Source: an archaeon | GTDB lineage: Archaea; EX4484-52; B79-G9 | DNA: 31,829 nt | Direction of reading: 5' to 3' | NCBI GenBank assembly: GCA_043813875.1 | Contig: JBDRKP010000064.1 | Coordinates: forward strand, 1 to 31,829 | Shown: piece after piece, positions 8,783 to 18,119 of the stretch | How the letters are laid out: each line of letters begins with the position of its first letter | Position numbering within the stretch: the first letter of the stretch is position 1 | Made by a program: the position numbers and the translations under genes | Notes under the pieces: generated by a model | What the model was told of the DNA's origin: nothing | Database searches by the model: none | What the model saw: only the letters and a program-made list of their open reading frames with translations

Positions 8783-10253
8783 ACTTCCATATCCATATCA
8801 TTCTATTTGAATATACTTTATCCAAAAATACCATGGAATCATATTTTGATACAGACTCAATCGGCATCAAGAAATGAGGTGCATTAAGTATATCCAGTCC
8901 CCTTGTAAGCGAATGTTTCGATATTATAAAATAGTCTGTATTTTTTTCTCTAAATTCATCGTAAATCTCGCTTTCATCCGGGGTATAATATAACGCATTG
9001 ATTTTTGCAGTCATTCCATATTCCAATCCATTTACATCATAATAATGCAAGTATGATAATAATACATTCGCCAAAAATGTGTCCGTGAATATATTCTCCG
9101 ATTCTGTAGCGAACTGCAATCCGGAAATTGTAGCAGAATCATACTTTTCCAGGCTTCGTGGAGGTACAGTAAAATGGACTAAAGAGACAATAAGCAACGC
9201 TGTCACCAAAAATGTCAGAACGATTTTATTGTTCCATCTATATTTGTATAATTCATAAAATGTCAATACACCTAACAATGGTAAGAAGTAATCAAATGTT
9301 CTTGCAAACACATTCGTAAACCCCAAAAATATAGATAACAGGATAAAACTGAAAAAATATGACAGCACGAATTTATTCGTGGTTGATATTTTATTCATAT
9401 ATAGGAGTTTCAATTGAGTAAATATGAATACAATCGTCAATGGGAACAATATTGACTTTTCGATAATATACAGATAGAAGTATGTGCTTCTTTCATATGA
9501 TAATAGATAGAAAATTACTCGTTCAACAACTTTTGGAAAATTTTTACTGAAATCATTTATAATATTTCCACCAATCACTGAAACTATAACCAAAGATATC
9601 AATCCAATCATTGATATGATGATGGCATTTACTAGTATCTGCTTCTGATTCATGTTATGGTCAAATAAATTAAGAATCATATAACTTATGCTCGTAGCTA
9701 TTAGTATAACAAGAATTGCAAAAAAAGACGATGTGTGAGTAATGTATGTTGCTACCAATAACGGTAAGATGCACAAAATCGCCATTTTATTTTTAGTTTT
9801 TATATATTTTATAAGAAAAAACAATGACAAATAATAATAGAATATATAGCTATTAACTATGATGAATGTCGAGTTAGACAAAAAGACAATCGCTGCAAGT
9901 ATCCCTATAGATGTTGAGAAAAGTTCGCGAAATAGTAAGATTATAGAAAGCAAAGATATAGCAAGAAAGATATAAGGCAATATTCTATTCTGGTGTATTG
10001 TGATCTCCAAAACAGGTGATATGGGATTAACCGTATAAAAATAGACTCCATTTTTAAGATTATTTATGTATACATTATTATATTCCAATACCTCAAGACT
10101 CGGATTGAGATATAGTTCCTGTGCCAGGATAGATTGAAAATTGTATGAGCCGGAAGGATATAGGCTGCCTGCACCGCTGAAATATTGCATGCCCCATGCA
10201 AATATTATGACAAGCGAGATTGTTATGTAAATCTTTTGGTTCATATTGTTCAC
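8769..10253 (-). CDS. Polytopic membrane protein, possibly a GT-C-fold glycosyltransferase or glycan polymerase
   Basis: 494 aa, many hydrophobic stretches followed by a soluble C-terminal domain ending LDKVYSN..IW, as in archaeal membrane proteins of glycosylation clusters; visibly AT-rich. Confidence 0.55.
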   Translation of the reverse strand: MNNMNQKIYITISLVIIFAWGMQYFSGAGSLYPSGSYNFQSILAQELYLNPSLEVLEYNNVYINNLKNGVYFYTVNPISPVLEITIHQNRILPYIFLAISLLSIILLFRELFSTSIGILAAIVFLSNSTFIIVNSYIFYYYLSLFFLIKYIKTKNKMAILCILPLLVATYITHTSSFFAILVILIATSISYMILNLFDHNMNQKQILVNAIIISMIGLISLVIVSVIGGNIINDFSKNFPKVVERVIFYLLSYERSTYFYLYIIEKSILFPLTIVFIFTQLKLLYMNKISTTNKFVLSYFFSFILLSIFLGFTNVFARTFDYFLPLLGVLTFYELYKYRWNNKIVLTFLVTALLIVSLVHFTVPPRSLEKYDSATISGLQFATESENIFTDTFLANVLLSYLHYYDVNGLEYGMTAKINALYYTPDESEIYDEFREKNTDYFIISKHSLTRGLDILNAPHFLMPIESVSKYDSMVFLDKVYSNRMIWIWKFMPN

Positions 10254-10256
10254 CCA

Positions 10257-11357
10257 TTAGCCAAATACCTGCTTTAATTTCAAAGAGATAATGTCCAGCG
10301 AATATTTCGATTCCAGCCACGTTACATTCTTCACAGGTATGGTTTTTGTTGTGTATATATGTTCTAATGCACCTGCCAATCCACATTCATTCCTTGGTTT
10401 TATCACCACTCCGAGCCCATTTTCTGCAATCTCATCTGCTATTCCGGCAATCTCTGTAGTTATCACAGGAGTTCCACAGGCCAGTGCCTCAAGCAGGACC
10501 GTCCCAAATCCTTCTTGCTCACTTGATGTCGACGGGAGCACAAAAACATCCAGTTTGTTATAGAATTCCACTAATTTGTCATCCGGCACAAAGCCGAAAA
10601 ATTCCACACTTTGCGATATTCCAAGTTCATCTGCCATTTTTTTGTATTCTGGAAGCAGTGCGCCGCTACCACCGACCAACAATTTGACATCATGAACCTT
10701 TTCTTTTACTTGCGCTATCGCTTTTAATAGATAATCAAGACCTTTGTACCTGTGATACTCATCAAGGACAGCCAAAAATCCGACAGTATGGGGCTCTTTT
10801 TTGACTTTCATCGGTTTAAATCTATCAGTATCTACCCCCACAGGAATGACAACAATTTTGTCTTTGTATTTTTTCAAGGATGGAGAATAATCGAGATATT
10901 TTGGTTGCGTTATTATGATTTTATGCGCAACGCCAAGCACGATTTTTAGAAGTGTTGCATTGTAAATTTTTGCAATAATCGAAGTAAATCCTTTGCCGAC
11001 AATATCGTTATGATATGTGACAATAAGTTTTTTCCTTCTTAAAAATGCAATTATCGCGCTCCAGTCAGCACTCCAGGGCGTCGGCAAATGCGTGTGAATT
11101 ACGTCAAAATCCTCAAATAGTAGTTTGAAAGGCAAAAATTGGGTGACGTTGGTGTTTGCGATTTTTCCGATATATCCAAGTCTTTCGATTTTAATACCAT
11201 CTATATTATCTCGTTTTTTTGGTGATGTTGGTTCATTGGCGCAAATTACGATCACATCATGACCATTTTTAACCAATTCTTTAGATAAATCACGGACATA
11301 GTTTTCAACCCCACCTATAAACGGATAAAACCTTGCCGGTGTCTGTATAATTTTCAT
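10257..11357 (-). CDS. Glycosyltransferase family 4 (GT-B)
   Basis: FYPFIGGVE, DVIHTH, KGLDYLLKA, DVFVLPS..EGFGTVLLEALACGTPVI (E-x7-E motif). Confidence 0.92.
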   Translation of the reverse strand: MKIIQTPARFYPFIGGVENYVRDLSKELVKNGHDVIVICANEPTSPKKRDNIDGIKIERLGYIGKIANTNVTQFLPFKLLFEDFDVIHTHLPTPWSADWSAIIAFLRRKKLIVTYHNDIVGKGFTSIIAKIYNATLLKIVLGVAHKIIITQPKYLDYSPSLKKYKDKIVVIPVGVDTDRFKPMKVKKEPHTVGFLAVLDEYHRYKGLDYLLKAIAQVKEKVHDVKLLVGGSGALLPEYKKMADELGISQSVEFFGFVPDDKLVEFYNKLDVFVLPSTSSEQEGFGTVLLEALACGTPVITTEIAGIADEIAENGLGVVIKPRNECGLAGALEHIYTTKTIPVKNVTWLESKYSLDIISLKLKQVFG

Positions 11358-11360
11358 ATC

Positions 11361-11945
11361 TTATTCCACCCTGCCAGTTCCAACCGTGACTATGTTTTCT
11401 TTGGTATTTATGTCAATTCGTTTTCCTGTAGGAGGATGCCACCATCCCAACCGAATGTAAGTATTTTGAGGCATTAAGTTATTCGGAACTTTGTGTATTT
11501 GAACATTTTTGTATATCTCTCCGGTTTTCCACAACGTAGTCTTCGGTTCAGGCGCATAATCCCCCTGGAACAATATCCTCCCATCTTCATCCGTAAAATG
11601 CACAAACACAACATAATCCTTGTCCATGTTATCGAGCGCCTTCCAATAATATGTAATCTCAAAAATATCATTCGGATGCAGAAGAGTCTCATTGATATCA
11701 TACCCCATAAACATGATCTTGTAGTCAAAAATCACAGAAAAGTTATGGTGGCCTGGCCGAGTGATATTGGCATACGGATCCAGAACCTGTAATCCTTCAT
11801 CCTGTCCAGTATAAGTTGGAGTTTCATTTCTGTTTGTCAGCACAACATAGCCAACATTGGCAGGCTTCATAAGATACATTAATGACAATAGTACGATGCT
11901 TACAATGATTACGCGGACCCACTTAATCTTTCTTTTTCCCATCAT
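11361..11945 (-). CDS. Membrane-anchored hypothetical protein with a predicted beta-sandwich extracellular domain
   Basis: N-terminal TM helix, then EITYYWKAL..YVVFVHFTDEDG..QGD..P..WKTGE..IRLGWW..TGKR, resembling Ig-like domains appended to membrane glycosyltransferases. Confidence 0.55.
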   Translation of the reverse strand: MMGKRKIKWVRVIIVSIVLLSLMYLMKPANVGYVVLTNRNETPTYTGQDEGLQVLDPYANITRPGHHNFSVIFDYKIMFMGYDINETLLHPNDIFEITYYWKALDNMDKDYVVFVHFTDEDGRILFQGDYAPEPKTTLWKTGEIYKNVQIHKVPNNLMPQNTYIRLGWWHPPTGKRIDINTKENIVTVGTGRVE

Positions 11946-13074
11946 AAATCACATTCCTATAAACCTCCCCTGTCCTCTTCGCGCTCTCATCCCAGCCATA
12001 CTTCCTTGCGCTCTCCTTTCCATTCTTACCCATCCCGGCATCCTCACCCATAAGAATATCCGCAATCCTCCCCGCGATCTCTTCTGCAGAAAGCTTCACG
12101 ACATACCCGTTCTCCGTATCGATAACAAGCTCCTTCGCCGCATTCGATGGATCCTCGACAGTAATCACCGGAAGCCCGCATCCATGCGCCTCAACAACCA
12201 CCATCCCGAATCCCTCGCGCGTAGACGGCAGGACAAAAACCTTTGCCACCTTCATATAAGAGAAGACATCATCAACAGAATCAAGAAAACATATCTTCTC
12301 CTTGACCCCCATCTTCAAAGCAAGCTCAACAAGCCTCTTTTTCTCGGACCCTTTCCCGATTATCCCGACACTGACACGCGGAAACTTCTTATTCACAATA
12401 GCCGTAGCCTCAATAAGTACATCAATATTCTTGTGCTTGATCAGCCTTCCGGCATACAGCACATCAAACTTCTCAGCCGATTCACCGGCTTTATCGATCT
12501 TATAAAAATCAACACCATTCGGGATAACAGTCATATCATCCGCCGAAACACCCATCTCAAGAAGCTTCTTTCGCGTATGCTCAGACACAACAACATACTT
12601 GTCATGCATCCTGACCGCAGCCCGTTCCACAAAATAGCCGATATGCCCCTTAACATATCCCAGATAATCACGCCAGTATTTCCTCCCCCATACCTCATGC
12701 CACGTAGCCACAAGAGGCTTCTTCTTAAGAATGCAATATGATTTTGCGACAAAAAGAGGAAAAAAAGGAAACTGGCTGCAATCAATGACATCATAATCCT
12801 CATCAAAAAGAGGCTTGACCAATTTCATGGAAAAATAAACCGCCTGCGATATCTTCCTCTTCCCGCGAGAATCATATAACTCCACTGGTTCACAGACACC
12901 GTGAAGGACAAGATTATCATTGACCTTGAGATCCTTATCTCCATCCCACCACTTCATGCAATATACATGCACCTCATGAGATTGAGACAATCTTTCAGCA
13001 ATCTCGCTGATCCTCTTCTCCACACCGCCCTTGACATAAGGGTAATAGACATCCGTAATCATAGCTATTCTCAT
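11923..13074 (-). CDS. Glycosyltransferase family 4 (GT-B)
   Basis: YYPYVKGGVEKR, VIPNGVD, YAGRLIKHKN, VFVLPSTREGFGMVVVEAHGCGLPVI. Confidence 0.92.
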   Translation of the reverse strand: MRIAMITDVYYPYVKGGVEKRISEIAERLSQSHEVHVYCMKWWDGDKDLKVNDNLVLHGVCEPVELYDSRGKRKISQAVYFSMKLVKPLFDEDYDVIDCSQFPFFPLFVAKSYCILKKKPLVATWHEVWGRKYWRDYLGYVKGHIGYFVERAAVRMHDKYVVVSEHTRKKLLEMGVSADDMTVIPNGVDFYKIDKAGESAEKFDVLYAGRLIKHKNIDVLIEATAIVNKKFPRVSVGIIGKGSEKKRLVELALKMGVKEKICFLDSVDDVFSYMKVAKVFVLPSTREGFGMVVVEAHGCGLPVITVEDPSNAAKELVIDTENGYVVKLSAEEIAGRIADILMGEDAGMGKNGKESARKYGWDESAKRTGEVYRNVIYDGKKKD

Positions 13075-13730
13075 AACTCCAACCTCAATTTAAAAAGATA
13101 CAAAAGATTCATGACGCCGTCATAATAGCTCTCAAGCTTCGCCTCACCGATACGCTCCCTGTACGCGGTCGGCACCTCCATGAACCGCAGCCCATTTCTT
13201 ATGACCTTGATCTTGAACTCCTCAGAAAACGTCATCCCTCTAGACCTAAGTTCGACCTTGTCAAGGACATCTCTCCTGAACACCCACATCCCGCTCTGCG
13301 AATCACGCATGTGCGTCCCGAAAAGCGCATTCGTAAAAACCGTCAGCACCCCGTTCCCGAACCTGTGCTTAAGCCCCATGACGGATTTATATTCACGTGC
13401 ACACGAGATGAAATCGACATCCTCATCATAAAGCATATCTATCAGCCCGGGAACGGCATCAGCAGGGTATGTCCCGTCCCCGTCCATGCAGACAACCACA
13501 TCAGCATCCTTTGGCAGCCTCGAAAAACCCGTCATATAAGCCCTACCATAACCGTTTCTCTTTTCATAGACCACCGTGGCCCCCAAAGACCTGGCAAGAG
13601 CTGCGGTCTCATCGTCTGAGCCGTCTACAACAATGATATCGCGTATGCCGTTCGACCTAAGTTCCTCTATGACAACCTTGATGCCCAAAGATTCATTCTT
13701 GGCAGGAATAATAACAACAGCCTTTCTCAC
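13071..13730 (-). CDS. Glycosyltransferase family 2, dolichol/polyprenol-phosphate hexose synthase-like
   Basis: VIIPAKNE, IIVVDGSDD, GYGRA, DxD motif MDGDGTYP, DSQSGM, EVPTAYRERIGEAKL; GTG start. Confidence 0.9.
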   Translation of the reverse strand: MRKAVVIIPAKNESLGIKVVIEELRSNGIRDIIVVDGSDDETAALARSLGATVVYEKRNGYGRAYMTGFSRLPKDADVVVCMDGDGTYPADAVPGLIDMLYDEDVDFISCAREYKSVMGLKHRFGNGVLTVFTNALFGTHMRDSQSGMWVFRRDVLDKVELRSRGMTFSEEFKIKVIRNGLRFMEVPTAYRERIGEAKLESYYDGVMNLLYLFKLRLEL

Positions 13731-14111
13731 TCATCTCGCCTCAGTAAAGAAATGCACTTCCTCTTCTCTCCCATCTAGCCTTACCATGACCTTGTGTACA
13801 ATAGAAGTATCCACAGCAAAAAAATATTCGTCGATATGCGTATTGTTGTCAGGGACAAGAACCTCCTTGCTCCTCTGAGTTTCATTATCCATCATGATAG
13901 TGATAGTATAATTCACATCCCTGTTCTCATGATTGGCAATCCCGTACCTCAAAGATACGACACCATCCGGCGGGGACTTATCATAATCAAGAAGATAAAG
14001 CTCAGTGAAACGCTCATCCCCATCCGTTGTCACGATAAGAAAGATGATGACCGCTATACCGACGATACAAGCGACAATGATAGCATTAAGAATCGTATCT
14101 TCATCATTCAT
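13731..14111 (-). CDS. DUF1616-like archaeal membrane-anchored protein
   Basis: TM helix followed by ERFTELYLL and GIANHENRDVNY, a pattern typical of DUF1616 proteins. Confidence 0.65.
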   Translation of the reverse strand: MNDEDTILNAIIVACIVGIAVIIFLIVTTDGDERFTELYLLDYDKSPPDGVVSLRYGIANHENRDVNYTITIMMDNETQRSKEVLVPDNNTHIDEYFFAVDTSIVHKVMVRLDGREEEVHFFTEAR

Positions 14112-14218
14112 TAGCAATCAACTAAAGATATTATCTCTGGGTAGTTAATAACGCATTTACATTTATAATTCTATCGCTTGCCAATGTAAATAAAAAGATT
14201 CGCCACGCAACAGAATGC

Positions 14219-15139
14219 ATGAAATCTTTATCTATAGGCATATTCACAGACTCAGAACTCTCAGACAGCCTCGCAAAAAAGGGCACATCAAGCGACATCA
14301 CACTATACAACAAAAAGACAGACGACTGCATATACACATTCATAGTCCCGCACTCATACCCTGAAAAGATCTCAAGCCTCATCCAGACAGCCCAGCTGGT
14401 CGACGCAGCCGTCATAGTGGTCGACCAGATAACAAAAGACCTTGGCGAAACCATTCTCATACTGGACTCACTTGACATGAAAAACACCTTCATCCACATC
14501 AAGAACCCCATAGACGAACAGCAACTCCAGTCAATACTCAACCAGACATCCTTGAAATACGAAAAAGTCAGCAAAGAAGACCTCATGCAGGCCCTCGACA
14601 AGATTAATCCCGAACAGAAGGACACAAAAACAAAAATCATAATCGACCACTCATTCCAGGTAAAAAGCGTAGGGACCGTAGCATTAGGATTCCTTAAATC
14701 AGGCACAATCAAGCCCTACGACAAACTCACCGCCCTCCCCGCAAAAAAAGAGGCCATGATAAAATCCATCCAGATGCAGAGCAAGAACGTAGACACGGCA
14801 TCCGCTCCCGCAAGAGTCGGTCTCTCCCTGAAAGGGATAGATGTCGAGGACCTCGACCGCGGGACAGTCCTGACAACAAAAGACATGAAATCAGAAAAAA
14901 TATTCATGATAAACTACAAGAAATGCCCATTCTACAAAGGCGAGATAAAAGAAGCATCAAGGCTTCACCTCTCGGTCGGCATGCAGTTCAGGGAGATTAC
15001 GATAAAGAAAATAGAAAACAACATTCTGACAGTAGAATCACAGAAGCCATTCGCGATAGACGAAAATGACAGGATTATCCTGATAGACAACTCAACGACA
15101 GGCCTGCGCCTCGCCGCAAGAGGAAATATAACACTCTAA
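14219..15139 (+). CDS. Archaeal SelB-like translation factor with degenerate GTPase domain (aSelBL-type)
   Basis: N-terminus LAKKGTSSDITLYN..P..YPEKISSL without a GxxxxGK(S/T) P-loop; EF-Tu/SelB domain II IDHSFQVKSVGTVALG..IKSIQM..A.ARVGLSLKG..LDRG. Confidence 0.82.
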   Translation: MKSLSIGIFTDSELSDSLAKKGTSSDITLYNKKTDDCIYTFIVPHSYPEKISSLIQTAQLVDAAVIVVDQITKDLGETILILDSLDMKNTFIHIKNPIDEQQLQSILNQTSLKYEKVSKEDLMQALDKINPEQKDTKTKIIIDHSFQVKSVGTVALGFLKSGTIKPYDKLTALPAKKEAMIKSIQMQSKNVDTASAPARVGLSLKGIDVEDLDRGTVLTTKDMKSEKIFMINYKKCPFYKGEIKEASRLHLSVGMQFREITIKKIENNILTVESQKPFAIDENDRIILIDNSTTGLRLAARGNITL

Positions 15140-15171
15140 TTTTTATATGCACAGGAATCCATAATTCATTC

Positions 15172-16455
15172 ATGGCGCCACAGGACATAGCAAAAAAGAC
15201 ATTAAACATACTATTATGCTTTCTTATCGCATTATTGATCATCCCGTATTCTACTCTCTTTTTCATGCACACATTGGAAAAATCAGTAACCTCTCCCGTA
15301 ACATATGCAAACGTGAACATTCTGAACTGTGAACTGTCAATAACAGACGAAGCTTTTTTGGTTCAATCATTAAAGAAGCGCTGCAACTTCATGAACCTCT
15401 CAAAAGAATCATGCTCAATAGAACAGATGAAAAACCTCGCAAACAGCATTAGAGAAAACAAGACAATAGAAAACACCGCATTTCTGACAGACATAGTATT
15501 CCTTTCCTACCAGAATACCATCAACAAAGACCAATGCAGACTAAAGATCAGAGGCAACGATATATACGGAGGCACTGATTACTATCAATATCCCTATTTC
15601 AGGATTCCGCGCATCAACATCATCGCCCCGCAAAAGCAATCATTGGCAGGCATTGTATCTATCTATCTGGAAAATATCTATCTTAGAGCGATGGATGCTG
15701 TTCTTATACACATGACTTCCGACATCAGGAATAATTTTGATGAGCGATGCACACTTGACCAAGATACCTGTGACCAGAAATATTCAGACCTATACTCGAT
15801 ACTTAAAGAAAATATACAAAATCTCATAGAATCTAAATTCGCTGAGCATGATCTCACCTCATCAGAAGTATCGCCGATCCATGAAGACGAAGAAAAATAC
15901 CTGATATTCAACAATCCTCTCTACGCCTCAAAAGAAAACAGCAATTGGACCAATCCTGTGTCTGATATGGTCTACACAACAATTTCGGGTTCAGGAACTC
16001 TATTTATCCTAAAGATGCAGGAACATTTTCAGAAATATGATGGTGCTTCAGAAGCACCCGGATTTAATCTCTCTTCAACAGAAACAATCGATGATGTTGC
16101 ATTTACTATGGCTGTTTCAGCAGTAAAGGCAAAATTCATTGCCGGTTTTATGCGAGATATCGGTAATCTGTCTGACACGATTGTAAAAAAATACAGGGCC
16201 TGCATGGACGACATAAACTGCACAAAAGAAGTATTCCAGACACATGAATATCAGCAGTGCACAGATTTATGTCTCGAGGAGGAATATCAATATATCGCAA
16301 TAGAAAAAGAGAATCAAGACATGATCTGCGGTTATGATTGTAAGACTGAAGGTTGTCTGGCTGACTGTAGAAAAACAGATCAGATATATGAAGACGCAGA
16401 GGTCGGATACTCTTCATGTTTCAATGGTTGTTATTATGGTGACAGAGATGAATAA
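15172..16455 (+). CDS. Hypothetical secreted or membrane-anchored protein with Cys-rich C-terminus
   Basis: 427-aa ORF with an N-terminal hydrophobic anchor and several CxxxC motifs at the C-terminus. Confidence 0.65.
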   Translation: MAPQDIAKKTLNILLCFLIALLIIPYSTLFFMHTLEKSVTSPVTYANVNILNCELSITDEAFLVQSLKKRCNFMNLSKESCSIEQMKNLANSIRENKTIENTAFLTDIVFLSYQNTINKDQCRLKIRGNDIYGGTDYYQYPYFRIPRINIIAPQKQSLAGIVSIYLENIYLRAMDAVLIHMTSDIRNNFDERCTLDQDTCDQKYSDLYSILKENIQNLIESKFAEHDLTSSEVSPIHEDEEKYLIFNNPLYASKENSNWTNPVSDMVYTTISGSGTLFILKMQEHFQKYDGASEAPGFNLSSTETIDDVAFTMAVSAVKAKFIAGFMRDIGNLSDTIVKKYRACMDDINCTKEVFQTHEYQQCTDLCLEEEYQYIAIEKENQDMICGYDCKTEGCLADCRKTDQIYEDAEVGYSSCFNGCYYGDRDE

Positions 16456-17239
16456 GATAAACAAATCATTGTTTGAATCCTTAAAAGAGATCAGCCTGAA
16501 GAATATTCTAAAAGCCGGCCTCATCATCGCATTGATTATCTTATTGGTATTATGCTATTCCTCATATTTATCCGAGATTTTAAAGCTGAAAGGATATTCC
16601 TCAGATGTTCCTTCCTACCACGAGTCGATACTATATGGAATAAGCATACTTGCTTCCATCATCAGTATACTGTTGATTTTTGAGATCACCCGGGGAACTA
16701 CAAAATCAGAATTCAGATTCCGGGAATATCTTAGATTCACATTGATGTTTGTGTTGATATATGTTATCCTGATACCTGTGGTCTTGTTGTCCTATTTGAT
16801 TCCGGCATACTACGGGATCCCGGCAGATGATAGACCGACAGAAGTTCTAGACAGTATCAGATTTTTGGATCAGAATATGTCTCCGATTGTGATGATCTCT
16901 GTCTTTATGCTTCTTTTCCTCTTCTATGCCCCGTTCATCCAGTACATAGAAAGCCGGGGCTTCAGATACTCCATAGAAAAAAGCATAAGAATCTTCACAA
17001 AAGAGCCGTTAGCCGCAACATCGGGCATAGTCATCTCATTCCTGCTGTTCGTAGTACCAGCAATATTGAGCATGTTCCCCTTCACAAAAGAGATGTCTGA
17101 TGTTATTGTGATTCTTGACTATAATCTCTACCTTCCTTTAACTCTCATACCCGCAACCTTCGGCATGACGATAGGAATCATCCTGATGTACTCGTTCATC
17201 GTGAAATACTACGAGAACCGGCTGGTAGAGATCTCATAA
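16448..17239 (+). CDS. Hypothetical integral membrane protein
   Basis: About 6 hydrophobic segments; ATG 16448 overlaps the upstream stop, suggesting translational coupling. Confidence 0.65.
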   Translation: MNKINKSLFESLKEISLKNILKAGLIIALIILLVLCYSSYLSEILKLKGYSSDVPSYHESILYGISILASIISILLIFEITRGTTKSEFRFREYLRFTLMFVLIYVILIPVVLLSYLIPAYYGIPADDRPTEVLDSIRFLDQNMSPIVMISVFMLLFLFYAPFIQYIESRGFRYSIEKSIRIFTKEPLAATSGIVISFLLFVVPAILSMFPFTKEMSDVIVILDYNLYLPLTLIPATFGMTIGIILMYSFIVKYYENRLVEIS

Positions 17240-18118
17240 AGAAGAAGCCATCCCCTTAAGCTTCTCTTTCCCTTCATCAAACATCTTCTTCTCATCAGCC
17301 GACAGTTTCCACTCAATAATCTTGGCGCCGCCACATCCAAGCTCCACAGGCACCCCGATACTGACTCCATCATCGTTCATCGAGCAAGGCACGGCAATCC
17401 CCGTATCATTCAGGATAGCATCAACCATATCAGCGACGCAGCTTGCCGGCGCAAAATCCGTAATGCCCTTAAGCGTGATGATCTCAAGCGCAATCCCACG
17501 CACCTCTGCGGTAATCTTCTCCTTCTCGCTCTCGCTGAACTTATGCTTCTCATCGTTCACCATGACCCTCGAAAACACAGGCACCATCGACTGCCCATGC
17601 TCACCGATGACATCCGCCTCCACATCACTCATCTTCACACCAAGATGCTTTGCGATAATATACTTAAGCCGCGCCCCGTCAAGCCGTCCGCCGAAACCGA
17701 TGACTCTCTCCTTTGAAAAACCGAGCTTCTTGAACGCGACATGATTCATGAGATCCATAGGGTTACTGCACGTAATGACAATACAATCAGGCGCATGCTT
17801 GCGCACGCTCTCGCACACAGAAGAGACGATATTCGCATTCACCCTGGCAAGCTCAAGCCGGTCCTTCATATCAGGCGTGCGCGGCTTGCCTGCAGTGATG
17901 ACAACAATATCGGAACCCGAAATCGCTTCATACCCGCCCGATACGACGCTGGTATCATTCACATGCGCAATAGACTGCGAAATATCCATCGCATTGCCGC
18001 GCGCAACATCCGTTAGAATATCAACAATAACGACATCATCAGCTATGCCTCTCTGCGCGATAGTATAGGCAATCTTCGAGCCCAGCTTCCCTGCACCGAT
18101 AATCGAAACCTTGCTCAT
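17234..18118 (-). CDS. mdh: Malate dehydrogenase (LDH-like MDH)
   Basis: Rossmann motif IIGAGKLG, substrate loop TAGKPRTPDMKDRLEL (Arg at the MDH specificity position), SNPMD, LDGAR, IGEHG. Confidence 0.85.
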   Translation of the reverse strand: MSKVSIIGAGKLGSKIAYTIAQRGIADDVVIVDILTDVARGNAMDISQSIAHVNDTSVVSGGYEAISGSDIVVITAGKPRTPDMKDRLELARVNANIVSSVCESVRKHAPDCIVITCSNPMDLMNHVAFKKLGFSKERVIGFGGRLDGARLKYIIAKHLGVKMSDVEADVIGEHGQSMVPVFSRVMVNDEKHKFSESEKEKITAEVRGIALEIITLKGITDFAPASCVADMVDAILNDTGIAVPCSMNDDGVSIGVPVELGCGGAKIIEWKLSADEKKMFDEGKEKLKGMASSL

Positions 18119-18119
18119 G

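Noticed and set aside
11857..12741. 294-aa plus-strand ORF
   Set aside because: Antisense shadow of a well-supported GT4 gene; no recognisable motifs.
14219..15139. Evidence of selenocysteine decoding
   Set aside because: The protein lacks the GTPase motifs of true SelB, and I saw no in-frame TGA at a catalytic Cys position in the redox genes.
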